A stretch of 64,000 bases of DNA from an uncultured Gammaproteobacteria bacterium (GTDB lineage Bacteria; Pseudomonadota; Gammaproteobacteria; Pseudomonadales; JAHEGP01), in contig CAWBXV010000002.1 of the NCBI GenBank assembly GCA_963792875.1, positions 918,335-982,334 of the forward strand, written 5' to 3'. The translations under genes were made by a program, and so were the position numbers. Numbering within the stretch: the stretch's first letter is position 1; each line of letters begins with the position of its first letter. The notes beneath the pieces are model-generated. The model saw only the letters and a program-made list of their open reading frames with translations, searched no databases and was not told where the DNA came from. Below, one piece after another: positions 51,065-59,844 of this stretch.

Positions 51065-51143
51065 AACCGTGCCGCCTGCAGGGCCCTGTGTGCTCTGACA
51101 GCGGCATATTCGACAGGGCTGAACGCTGCCGTGTCTCGGCGTA

Positions 51144-51770
51144 CTAGCGCACGTAGCCGATGATCGAGACGTAGTGGCACAGTGAACCGCCCAGCACGAA
51201 GAGGTGCCAGATGCCGTGGGCATGGCGCATTCTGCCGCTGCCGTCCAGCGCATAGAAGGCGATCCCCAGGGTGTATGCCAGGCCCCCTGCCGTCAGCCAG
51301 AACAGACCTGGCGGCAGCATGGCGCTCTTCAGTTCCGGGTATTTGAGCACGCAGACCCAGCCCATGAGCAGGTAGATGGTGACCTGCAGCACCTGGTTGC
51401 GATGGGCCTTGAACACGTCCAGCAGGATGCCCACCGCCGCCAGCGTCCACACCGCTGCCAGCAGCATCGGACCGCCGTGGTCTCTCAGTGTCACCAGGGT
51501 GTAGGGCGTGTAGGTGCCGGCGATGAGCAGGTAGATCGAGACGTGGTCGAGCTTCTGGAACACGCGCTTCAGGCGCAGCGGGTAGAAGCTGTGGTACAGC
51601 GTTGACATGGTGTACAGCAGGGCCAGGGTCGCTCCGAACACGGCAAAGCTGGCGATCATCCATGGGTCGCGATAGGCGATGCTGACGGCCAGCAATCCAC
51701 CAAGGCCGACCAGTGACAGCGCCGCGCCGATCAGATGACTGATGCTGTTGAGCTTTTCGCCGTAGTACAT
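51144..51770 (-). CDS. hemolysin III / PAQR family membrane protein
   Basis: 208 aa with seven TM segments, N-terminus MYYGEKLNSISHLIGA, and conserved His residues (HSFY, HGIWHLFVL). Confidence 0.9.
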   Translation of the reverse strand: MYYGEKLNSISHLIGAALSLVGLGGLLAVSIAYRDPWMIASFAVFGATLALLYTMSTLYHSFYPLRLKRVFQKLDHVSIYLLIAGTYTPYTLVTLRDHGGPMLLAAVWTLAAVGILLDVFKAHRNQVLQVTIYLLMGWVCVLKYPELKSAMLPPGLFWLTAGGLAYTLGIAFYALDGSGRMRHAHGIWHLFVLGGSLCHYVSIIGYVR

Positions 51771-51991
51771 GCGGGTTCCCGATATGGAGGCGGCCGCGCC
51801 GTTGGTCTGTCACGGTTTTGTCGGCGCCTTGCTGCCGGCCCGGCCGGAGTCAGTCGTTATTCTGTTGTAGCCAGGGCTGGCGACCGCGCCTGCCAACGGC
51901 GGCGATTTCTGTTACCCCGGGCCGCTTCGAACGGGTACAATGTCCGCCGCTCGCTGTCTGATCGTGCTGCAATCGCCGAATCCGCCCGCCC

Positions 51992-52690
51992 ATGTTTGCC
52001 GAAAAAACACAATGCCAGCGCATCGCCCGCCTATTATGCCAGGCCAGTGAGCAGGTGCTGTGGGAATATTCCCGCACCTGGCTGGAGTCACAGCCGGGAC
52101 AGCATCGGCTCCACTGCCGGGTGGGTCACGGCGAAGCTACATACTACCGGACTGCCGGCATCAATGACCATATCCTCACCTATGGTTGGAAGATGGTGGC
52201 GAGCAAGCGCGATGAAAAGGCGGCCCGGCGCTGGCGCACCGGCAGGGAGATCGTGTCGCGGGGCTACTTCGGCGGGGACATCACCCTGCCGGCGCTGCTG
52301 GCGCATACCTGCTGCCATGAGTTTGCCCACCTGGTGCAGAGCATCAGGGGCTGGATTGCCCGCGGGTCCATCCACAACGCCCAATTCTATCGCGTGCTCG
52401 ATCGCATCCACGCATCGCGCGCGGCCGACTGCGTGCTCGATTACCTGCTCCAGCAGGCTCGCGCCGAGGACATCGAGCTGGCCTTCAGGCCGGCCCGCAC
52501 GCTGCCGGCCGGGGCTGTCGGGCCGGCCTTCCGCATCGGTCAGATGGTTTCATTCAGCTACAAGGGCGGGCCGATTGAGGGCGAGGTGATTCGAGTCAAC
52601 CGCAATACCGTCAACGTCAGGCCCATACGGCCTTATCTGGGCGATACCTATTTTCGCGTCAGCCCGCAGTTTCTGAAGGCGATCGCCTAG
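51992..52690 (+). CDS. SprT/DUF45-like HExxH zinc-metallopeptidase-fold protein with a small C-terminal beta domain
   Basis: The CCHEFAHLV...HNAQFYRVL pattern (HExxH plus a downstream H and aromatic residue) is seen in SprT/YgjP-type proteins. The C-terminal GQMVSFSYKGGPIEGEVIRVNRNTVNV looks KOW/SH3-like. The stop overlaps the next gene's start. Confidence 0.55.
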   Translation: MFAEKTQCQRIARLLCQASEQVLWEYSRTWLESQPGQHRLHCRVGHGEATYYRTAGINDHILTYGWKMVASKRDEKAARRWRTGREIVSRGYFGGDITLPALLAHTCCHEFAHLVQSIRGWIARGSIHNAQFYRVLDRIHASRAADCVLDYLLQQARAEDIELAFRPARTLPAGAVGPAFRIGQMVSFSYKGGPIEGEVIRVNRNTVNVRPIRPYLGDTYFRVSPQFLKAIA

Positions 52691-55440
52691 TGCGCATGCT
52701 GCGGGTAATGGCGGGGTGGCTTGAGCTGCCCTCGCTTGTGCTGCGGCTCGCCACCTGCGGGCTGCTGGCCGGGTCCGTCGCTCCCGCTTGCGCTGAGCTG
52801 ACGGCGGAGCAGCTGGACGGGCACAATCTGCAGCGCCGCGTGGCGGGCAGCGACGCCATCGCGGGGCGCGGCGACTGGCTTCTGAGCAACGGCCATCTGT
52901 GCGCGGCCATCAGCGGCGCGGAGCACGAGACCGGGTTGTCCGCGTCCGGCGGCTGGCTGGTGGACCTGGGCCACTGCGGCGGTCACGACGACCAGTTCAC
53001 CTACCATCACCTCCTGCCCGATATGGACCGGGCAGCGATGCTGCCGGTGATCGACATCTCGCCGCGCGTGGACGAGCACGCGGCGAGCCTGGTGGTGACG
53101 CGCTCCGATGGCAGGCTGGAGGCGGTTATCCGCTACAGCGTCCGGGACGATGTGCCCGACCGCGTGCGGGTGGCGTCGACCTGGCGGCGCCTCGCAGCGG
53201 GTGACTCCCTGGGGATGGTGGGGCAGCTGTGGCTGCACCCCCATCGCTCGATGGTTCCCTTTTCGATCAATACCCGCGATCCGTCGTTCTCCGTGGGCTA
53301 TGCGCATCCGTCGTTCGACGTCGATGACCGCAGCTCGACCCTCAACGCCATGCTGGTGGTGGACCTCACCGTGCTGGTCGGCAGCGCCCTGGACGGCCCC
53401 GGCATCAGTTACGGCTTGCGGTCCGGGCCGGCGACGCTGACGGCGGCCAACGGCACGCAGCGTGCGCTGCCGCAATACGCGCTGGTCGAGGCCGACTTCA
53501 GCAATCAGCTGTGGCTCAGCAGGCCGCTCTGGTTGGGAGGCAGCGGCAAGCCGGGTCGCCTGGAGATGCTGCAGAGCCTGTTCATGGACCTCAGGCCCGG
53601 TGACACCCTGGACATTGAGCAGGATATTCTGGTGGGCCACGCCGCCGATGTGGCGTCGATCACCAACGACATCTTCGACGGCCAATGGTTGCAGGGTCGC
53701 ATCGATACCGGGCAGGCCCGCATCGCGGCGTTCGACGCCAGCGGCAACCCCCTTACCGAGGCGAGGCCGGATGCACAGGGGAATTTTCGCCTGCGACTGC
53801 CGCGCGGATTGCCGCGCTGCGAGCTGGAGATACGCACGCCATGGCAGGCGCCGCGGCGGGTCGCTATCGAGCTGGACGGCGCAGACCGGCAGCTGGCGCC
53901 GATGGATACCGCGGCGCCCGGCGAGGTGATCCTGCCCCGCGGCGAGCCCATGCGGCTGGTGTTCGTCGGTCGGGACGGCACGCCCGACCCCGCCCTGCCC
54001 CCGGAGGCGCTGGCGGGGGATGCGGGCCCCGGGTCGCGCCACGGCGACGGGCGCAGCAATGATGTCTCGCTGACCGGCAGGGCGGATGATCCGCTGGTGG
54101 CGGCGCTGCCGCGAGGGCGCTATCGCGTGTATGCGACGCGAGGCATCGAGTACACGGTGTCCGCGCAGGACATCGAGGTGTTGGCGGGGCAGTCGGTCCG
54201 CTTGCAGCCGGCGCCGTTGCGCAGGGTCGTCGACAGCCGCGGCTGGGTCAGCGTCGATTTTCATGTCCACAGCGGCTTCAGCTTCGATTCGGCGCTGCCG
54301 CCCGAGCTTCGGCTGCGCAGTTTTATCGCGCAGGGCGCCGCTGTGCTGGTTGCCACGGAGCACGATGTCGTGGCCGATCTCGGCGGACTTGCCGCCCGGC
54401 TCGGCATGGATGACCAGCTCACAGTGGTCAGTGGCGGGGAGGTGACGGGGATGGCAAGGACGGGCAAAGCGCCCCAGACCATCGGTCACCTCAACCTCTT
54501 TCCGCTGCAGCGCGACGGTGATGCCTTCACCGGTGGCATGCCGCGGCACGAGAGCCTGCGCCTGCGCAGCTTTCTGGCGGGGCTGCGGCCGCAGCATCCT
54601 GAGGTGCTGATTCAGCTCAATCATCCCCGCTCTGCCCACGAAGCCGGTGACGACATGGCGTTTTTCGATCACCTCTCGGTTGGTGAGCGCTTCGAGCCGC
54701 GGCTGCCGCTGCGGAATGCGCAGAACCGGTCTCTCATAGCGCCCGACCCGGCCACCGGTGTCAGAGATCTGGATTTCGATACGCTGGAACTGGCCAATGG
54801 CGCCCTCCTGGAAGAGTATCAGCAGGTGCGGGCTGACTGGCTGTCGCTGTCGCTGCAGGGCGAGTACCGCCCGGCCGTGGCCAGCAGCGACTCCCATCAG
54901 TTGCGGGAGCCCGTCGCCATGCCGCGCAGCTATGTCCGCTACGACGGGCCGCTGCGCCATCCCATCGCAACCGGGCCACTGTTCGACGCGGTGCGCCGTG
55001 GCGAAATATTCGGCAGCTCGGGGCCCCTGCCCCGGCTCGAGCTCGAAAATGAAGCGGGCCAGAGGGCCGGCATCGGCGCGCTGCTGGCGGGGCAGCGCCT
55101 CACCCTTCGGGTCAGCGCTCAGGCAGCGCCCTGGGTGGATGTGAAGCAGGTGTGGGTGTACCTCAATGGCGCAGTCGTCAAGGGGGCAGCCATCGCGGCG
55201 GGCGAAGAACTCGAGATGCCGCTGGAAGTCGATCGGGATGGCTTCGTCACGGTGGAATTCTTCGGCGAGCCGGGCGAGGTTTATCGAGCGCTCGCTCCGG
55301 GTTATACCCCCATGGCCTTCACCAATCCCGTGTGGATCGACGCCGACGGCGACGGCCAGTGGTCGCCGCCGGGCCTGCTGCCCCTGCCCTTGGCGATCAG
55401 CCATCCAACCAGCATTCCCGACGCTCCTCCCCATCGATAA
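52690..55440 (+). CDS. large secreted PHP-domain (CehA/McbA-like) metallohydrolase with a carboxypeptidase-regulatory-like beta-sandwich
   Basis: Signal peptide (LVLRLATCGLLAGSVAPACA). A CarbopepD_reg-like segment is present (ARPDAQGNFRLRLPRG). The full PHP ligand set is there: DFHVHSGFSFDS, VATEHD, IGHLNLF, LNHPR and SSDSH. The start is GTG 52690 or ATG 52696. Confidence 0.75.
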   Translation: MRMLRVMAGWLELPSLVLRLATCGLLAGSVAPACAELTAEQLDGHNLQRRVAGSDAIAGRGDWLLSNGHLCAAISGAEHETGLSASGGWLVDLGHCGGHDDQFTYHHLLPDMDRAAMLPVIDISPRVDEHAASLVVTRSDGRLEAVIRYSVRDDVPDRVRVASTWRRLAAGDSLGMVGQLWLHPHRSMVPFSINTRDPSFSVGYAHPSFDVDDRSSTLNAMLVVDLTVLVGSALDGPGISYGLRSGPATLTAANGTQRALPQYALVEADFSNQLWLSRPLWLGGSGKPGRLEMLQSLFMDLRPGDTLDIEQDILVGHAADVASITNDIFDGQWLQGRIDTGQARIAAFDASGNPLTEARPDAQGNFRLRLPRGLPRCELEIRTPWQAPRRVAIELDGADRQLAPMDTAAPGEVILPRGEPMRLVFVGRDGTPDPALPPEALAGDAGPGSRHGDGRSNDVSLTGRADDPLVAALPRGRYRVYATRGIEYTVSAQDIEVLAGQSVRLQPAPLRRVVDSRGWVSVDFHVHSGFSFDSALPPELRLRSFIAQGAAVLVATEHDVVADLGGLAARLGMDDQLTVVSGGEVTGMARTGKAPQTIGHLNLFPLQRDGDAFTGGMPRHESLRLRSFLAGLRPQHPEVLIQLNHPRSAHEAGDDMAFFDHLSVGERFEPRLPLRNAQNRSLIAPDPATGVRDLDFDTLELANGALLEEYQQVRADWLSLSLQGEYRPAVASSDSHQLREPVAMPRSYVRYDGPLRHPIATGPLFDAVRRGEIFGSSGPLPRLELENEAGQRAGIGALLAGQRLTLRVSAQAAPWVDVKQVWVYLNGAVVKGAAIAAGEELEMPLEVDRDGFVTVEFFGEPGEVYRALAPGYTPMAFTNPVWIDADGDGQWSPPGLLPLPLAISHPTSIPDAPPHR

Positions 55441-55674
55441 TCGCCACCGCTGAGCTACCCCCGGGTCGAGGGCGCTGCCGCTTGCCGCGTCGCGGTCCCT
55501 CGCCGATGGGCCATGCTCACTCTATCCATTCCGTTAGTAAACATTGCCGCGCGGGCTGGCTCGGCGCGGTGGACCGTGGTCGGGCGTTGCTTTATGCTGG
55601 TCCCCGGTGGGCAGTGTTATGGGGTCGCCTGCAGTCTGTTGGTCTACCTCGGGCGTTGGTCTCGGAGAAGCGAC

Positions 55675-56880
55675 ATGGCGTTCAGTTTCAACGCAATTCA
55701 GACGCTGACGGTGGCGATCCTGCTGCTGTTTGTCGGCACCGCGGTGATCAACCGGGTGGCCTTCCTGCGCGACAACAATATCCCGGTCCCCGTGGTGGGC
55801 GGCATGGTTTTTGCGCTGCTGACCACAGTGCTGTTCATGGGCTTCGATGTTCAGGTGTCCTTCGACATGGTCATGCAGGAGCCCATGATGCTGGCCTTCT
55901 TTACCACCATCGGCCTCGGCGCGGACCTGCGCCTGCTGGTGCGCGGCGGCCCGCAGCTGCTGGTATTCGGGCTCGTCTGCCTGGTGTTCCTGATCCTGCA
56001 GGACCTGATGGGGGTATTGGCGGCGATCAGCATGGACCTGCACCCGCTGGTGGGGCTGCTCAGCTCGTCCATCACCCTGTCCGGCGGGCATGGCACGGGT
56101 GCGGCCTACGCCCAGAAATTCGCCGATGTGCACAACATCGCCGGCACCATGGAGCTGGCGATGGCCTGTGCGACCTTCGGCCTGATCATCGGCGGTATCA
56201 TTGGCGGACCGATCGCGGGGCGCCTGATCCGCCGCCATCGCCTGGAGTCGGACGAGACCCACTACGAGCACAAGCCCCAGATCAAGGACGCCCTGCACGA
56301 CACGCCCATCGACGGCGATCACCTGCTTTGGGCGCTGCTGGTGGTGCTGCTGTGTCTGATCAGCGGCCAGCTGCTGGCGCTGGTGTTTCAGGATGCCGCC
56401 TTCACCCTGCCGAAATTCATCTGGTGCCTGTTTGTGGGTGTGCTGATCCGCAACGCCGACCTGGTCTTCCCGCGGCTGAAAGTGCACCGGCCCACGGTGC
56501 GCATGATCGGCAACCTGTCGCTGTCGATCTTCCTCAGCATGGCGCTGATGTCGCTGCGCCTGTGGGAACTGCTCGATCTGGCGGGCCCCATGCTGGTCAT
56601 GCTGCTCACTCAGACCGTCGGCATGGCCTTTTTCGCCACGTTTGTCACCTTCCGGGCCATGGGTGGGGGTTACGATGCGGCCGTGATGGCCGGAGGCCAT
56701 TGCGGCTTTGGCATGGGTGCCACGCCGACCGCAGTGGCCAATATGGAGGCCCTGACGCGGCGCTATGGCCCCTCGCCCCCGGCGTTTCTGGTGGTGCCGC
56801 TGATGGGCGCCTTTTTTATTGACATAATCAACGCCCTAGTGATCCAGGGCTATCTTGCCTCGCCATTGCTCGGTTATTGA
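55675..56880 (+). CDS. gltS: sodium/glutamate symporter GltS
   Basis: 401 aa from ATG 55675, preceded by GGAGAA. The product begins MAFSFNAIQTLTVAILLLFVGT, with polytopic GltS-like repeats. Confidence 0.9.
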   Translation: MAFSFNAIQTLTVAILLLFVGTAVINRVAFLRDNNIPVPVVGGMVFALLTTVLFMGFDVQVSFDMVMQEPMMLAFFTTIGLGADLRLLVRGGPQLLVFGLVCLVFLILQDLMGVLAAISMDLHPLVGLLSSSITLSGGHGTGAAYAQKFADVHNIAGTMELAMACATFGLIIGGIIGGPIAGRLIRRHRLESDETHYEHKPQIKDALHDTPIDGDHLLWALLVVLLCLISGQLLALVFQDAAFTLPKFIWCLFVGVLIRNADLVFPRLKVHRPTVRMIGNLSLSIFLSMALMSLRLWELLDLAGPMLVMLLTQTVGMAFFATFVTFRAMGGGYDAAVMAGGHCGFGMGATPTAVANMEALTRRYGPSPPAFLVVPLMGAFFIDIINALVIQGYLASPLLGY

Positions 56881-56889
56881 GGAGTCGCT

Positions 56890-58443
56890 GTGCTTACTGC
56901 TGCCAAGCGTCGCTTGCTCGCCTCGTTGCTGCTCGGTTGGGTGCTGGCGCTGGTTGGCTGCGTGCGGGGGCCGGATGCCGAGACCGCCTGGCGGGACCTG
57001 CGCGCGCATCTGGACAGCCGCTTTCAGGAGGGCTTGTTCGATGTGCGCGATTTCCACCGGGTGGGTTCGGCCAATTATCGCGACGTCGAGCGCGGTGTGT
57101 CGGGCACCTATATCTATTACGACGCGGAGCTGGTTTTTCAGCGCGACTACAAGCTGGCCGATTGGCAGGGCCTCAACCTCGGTACGCTGTCCTATGTGCT
57201 GGGTGCGGCCGAGGCCGGCGTCAGCGGCTTCCAGCCCAAAGGCAACGCCCGCGGCGATGTGCTCACCGTGCACGGCCGCATCCCCTATCGGGACCAGGAC
57301 GGCCAGTGGGCGGCCTTTGCCGACGAATCGCTGCAGCCCGATGCCACTGAACCGGCAGCACAGCGCGTGCGGGGCCCAGGTCCCGATGCGGTGCTGGCCG
57401 ATGCGCGGGCGCTGGTGGAGCGTTCGCCCGAAGTCGATGACGGTGGCGTGGATGCCATCATCATCACGGAACTGCAGCGGGCGGTGGAAAGAATCGATCT
57501 GCGGCGGGCCCGGTTGAAGGGGCAGACAGCGCTGGCGACCGGCCCGGTGCAGGGCACATACTATGGCTTTGGCGAAGCCGTTGCGCGCTTCGCACTGTCG
57601 CGGAAAATGCCGCTGGTGGCCTATCCCTCCAATGGCAGCGTCGACAACGCCGGCCTGCTGCAGAGCGGCGCGGTCGAGTTCGGTCTGGTGCAGAGCGATG
57701 TCGCGCAACTGCTCTATGAGGGCAGGTCCGCCGCCGGCTATTTCCCCAACCGCAACCTGCGCACGGTGGCGAGCCTCTGGCCCGAGGCCGTGCACATCGT
57801 GACACTGGAGGGTTCAGGGATTCGCTCGATCGATGATCTGGCGGGCCGTCGCGTGGCGATCGGACTGCGTGGTTCGGGCAGCCGGGTCAATGCCGTGCTG
57901 CTGGGGCAAGTGGCGCAATTGACCGAAGACCAGATGCCCGTCATCGTCGAGGCCAGCACGAGTCAGGCCGTCAGGGATCTGGAAAAGGGCAGGATCGATG
58001 CCTTCGTGCTCACGCAGGCCGTGCCGGCGCCCTCTCTGCAGAACCTCGCGTCAAGGCGCAGGGATGTGCGATTTCTCTCCATACCGCCCCGCCTCATCGA
58101 GCAACTGGCAGCACTGCATTCTGCCTATTATCCGATGCACGTGGCGGCCAGGACCTATCCCAATCAGACGCAGCCCTTTGTGACGCTGGGCTTGTCCGCG
58201 GCGTTGATGACCAGTAAAAACGTGCCGGATGAGAAAGTCGAGGCCATGCTGATAAGCCTGCTGAATAATTCCGGCAGACTCGCCCGCGATTATTATCGGG
58301 CCGGCTTCATCACCCGGGAGACCATGCGGCTGGGCATCGCCGTGCCGCTTCATCCGACAGCGGAGCGCATTCACAACCAGTATGAGACCGCAGCCCCGGG
58401 CGGGCGGTCGCCAGACGCGCAGGGCGTCGGTGTACCGCGCTGA
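56890..58443 (+). CDS. lipoprotein with an N-terminal unknown domain fused to a TAXI-family TRAP solute-binding domain
   Basis: The lipobox is LALVGC. About 190 aa of unassigned domain are followed by a TAXI core (LATGPVQGTYYGFGEAV...SNGSVDNAGLLQSGAVEFGLVQSD). GTG at 56890 lies 9 nt after the gltS stop and is preceded by GAGGAG. Confidence 0.75.
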   Translation: MLTAAKRRLLASLLLGWVLALVGCVRGPDAETAWRDLRAHLDSRFQEGLFDVRDFHRVGSANYRDVERGVSGTYIYYDAELVFQRDYKLADWQGLNLGTLSYVLGAAEAGVSGFQPKGNARGDVLTVHGRIPYRDQDGQWAAFADESLQPDATEPAAQRVRGPGPDAVLADARALVERSPEVDDGGVDAIIITELQRAVERIDLRRARLKGQTALATGPVQGTYYGFGEAVARFALSRKMPLVAYPSNGSVDNAGLLQSGAVEFGLVQSDVAQLLYEGRSAAGYFPNRNLRTVASLWPEAVHIVTLEGSGIRSIDDLAGRRVAIGLRGSGSRVNAVLLGQVAQLTEDQMPVIVEASTSQAVRDLEKGRIDAFVLTQAVPAPSLQNLASRRRDVRFLSIPPRLIEQLAALHSAYYPMHVAARTYPNQTQPFVTLGLSAALMTSKNVPDEKVEAMLISLLNNSGRLARDYYRAGFITRETMRLGIAVPLHPTAERIHNQYETAAPGGRSPDAQGVGVPR

Positions 58444-58534
58444 AGCACCGCCGGTGCCCGTGGCAGGCTCGCGGCGCGGGTGTGACAAAAGGCGGCGTAT
58501 CCGCCATCCCCACCGCCATCACGGGAGGAGCGGC

Positions 58535-58939
58535 ATGCAGATGAGGCCAATGCCGGAGACGCCTCGCGCGCTGTCCGCTGCGCTGCGAGGCGCGTGCGGG
58601 GCGTGCGGTATGGCGGTGGCGCTGCTGGGGGCAGGGCCGGTGCGGGCGGCGGATGCCGAGGGCGCCTTCACCGTGCTCAGCGTCGGTACGCGAGGCTGCG
58701 ATCGCTATGTCGAGGCCTATGCCGAGCGCGCCTGGGATAAGCTGCTGCACAGCGCCTGGGTGGCCGGCTATCTTACCGCGCTCAATCAGCACGTCAGCCC
58801 ACGGGCCAATATCTCGGCGACCATGAACGCGGCCAGCAGAGACCGGTGGCTGCTGGATTTCTGTCAGAGACATGCGCAGTCCACCATCGCCGAAGCGGCT
58901 GCGGCGCTTGCGACAGAGCTGGCCAGGCGGGCGCCTTGA
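58535..58939 (+). CDS. hypothetical secreted protein (134 aa, two conserved-looking Cys)
   Basis: ATG at 58535 is preceded by GGGAGGAG. A signal peptide ends at VRAADA. The mature part contains GCDRYV...WVAGYLTALN...WLLDFCQRH. Confidence 0.5.
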   Translation: MQMRPMPETPRALSAALRGACGACGMAVALLGAGPVRAADAEGAFTVLSVGTRGCDRYVEAYAERAWDKLLHSAWVAGYLTALNQHVSPRANISATMNAASRDRWLLDFCQRHAQSTIAEAAAALATELARRAP

Positions 58940-58943
58940 CCGC

Positions 58944-59354
58944 GTGGCAGCGTCGCTGAGGGAGCGCGGCGCCCGGGACTCGGTCCTCCGTGCCTACTGC
59001 GCGGTATTGCGCCGTGGCGGGCGCTGCCGTGGCCGTGCCGGCCGCCGCGAGTTCTGGAGCTTTGCGCTGGTCAGTGTCTGCATCAGCGTCATGCTGGCTG
59101 GGCTGGACGGGATGCTGTTCAGCTATGGTCGGTATAGCGGCGTCGGCTTACTGGGCGGTGCCTACGTGCTGTCGGTCGCCGTGCCGGCGCTGGCGGTAAC
59201 GGTGCGGCGCCTGCACGATATGGCGCGCAGTGGCTGGTGGGTGCTGCTGGTGCTGCTGCCGTTCCTCGGGCCGCTGGGCCTGCTGCTGTGGTTGTCGCTG
59301 CCTGGAAGCAGCGGCGACAATCGCTTCGGGCCCCGCCTGCCGTCAAGCTGCTAG
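58944..59354 (+). CDS. DUF805 family inner-membrane protein
   Basis: GRAGRREFWSFAL, TM helices and VRRLHDMARSGWW are the hallmark DUF805 motifs. The GTG start at 58944 was chosen to avoid a 68-nt overlap with the upstream gene. Confidence 0.72.
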   Translation: MAASLRERGARDSVLRAYCAVLRRGGRCRGRAGRREFWSFALVSVCISVMLAGLDGMLFSYGRYSGVGLLGGAYVLSVAVPALAVTVRRLHDMARSGWWVLLVLLPFLGPLGLLLWLSLPGSSGDNRFGPRLPSSC

Positions 59355-59842
59355 TCGCCGCCTTTGAGGTACAGGATCTCGCCGGCAAAGACCTCCGGGC
59401 CGCACTCGGCGCTGCGGTTTTCGTACCGGAAGCGCCTGCCAAAGTAGCGCTGCAAGCGGGCCGGTGGCTCCCGGTCGCAGAGGTACACGGGCACCTCTGA
59501 CGTGGGCAGGCAGGGCACGATCCAGTGATCGGTGTAAAGAATGCGCAGGCGGGTCTGACAGTGTTGCTGCGCCCACTGCGGCGCCGTGAGGGCGGGGCGC
59601 GGTGGTGGCGCGGGCGGGGGGAGCGCCTCGGGTGGTACCGGTGCGGCGGGCAGCGGGGTGTTGCCCGGAGCCTGCTCGACGGCTTGGGCGTGGGGTGGGC
59701 TGGCGGCCCGGTCCCCGAAGTGGACCTGCCCCTGGGCGTCCCGCCACTGGTAGATCTCCGCGGCGCTCGTTATCGCCGCCCAGCCGCCCAGCAGCGCAAG
59801 TGAACCTGGCACAGGGCGGGCGAGGGCGCTGATCATGGCCAC
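59351..59842 (-). CDS. DUF4124 domain-containing secreted protein
   Basis: A signal peptide is followed by the EIYQWRDAQGQVHFGD motif (DUF4124), a Pro-rich linker and a Cys-containing C-terminal domain. Confidence 0.75.
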   Translation of the reverse strand: MAMISALARPVPGSLALLGGWAAITSAAEIYQWRDAQGQVHFGDRAASPPHAQAVEQAPGNTPLPAAPVPPEALPPPAPPPRPALTAPQWAQQHCQTRLRILYTDHWIVPCLPTSEVPVYLCDREPPARLQRYFGRRFRYENRSAECGPEVFAGEILYLKGGD

Positions 59843-59844
59843 TA

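Noticed and set aside
59581-59700. A G-run-rich plus-strand tract (GGGG, GGG, GGGGGG ...) that might form a G-quadruplex.
   Set aside because: It is simply the complement of the Pro-rich linker codons (PPPAPPPRP) of the DUF4124 gene. Nothing suggests function beyond coding.
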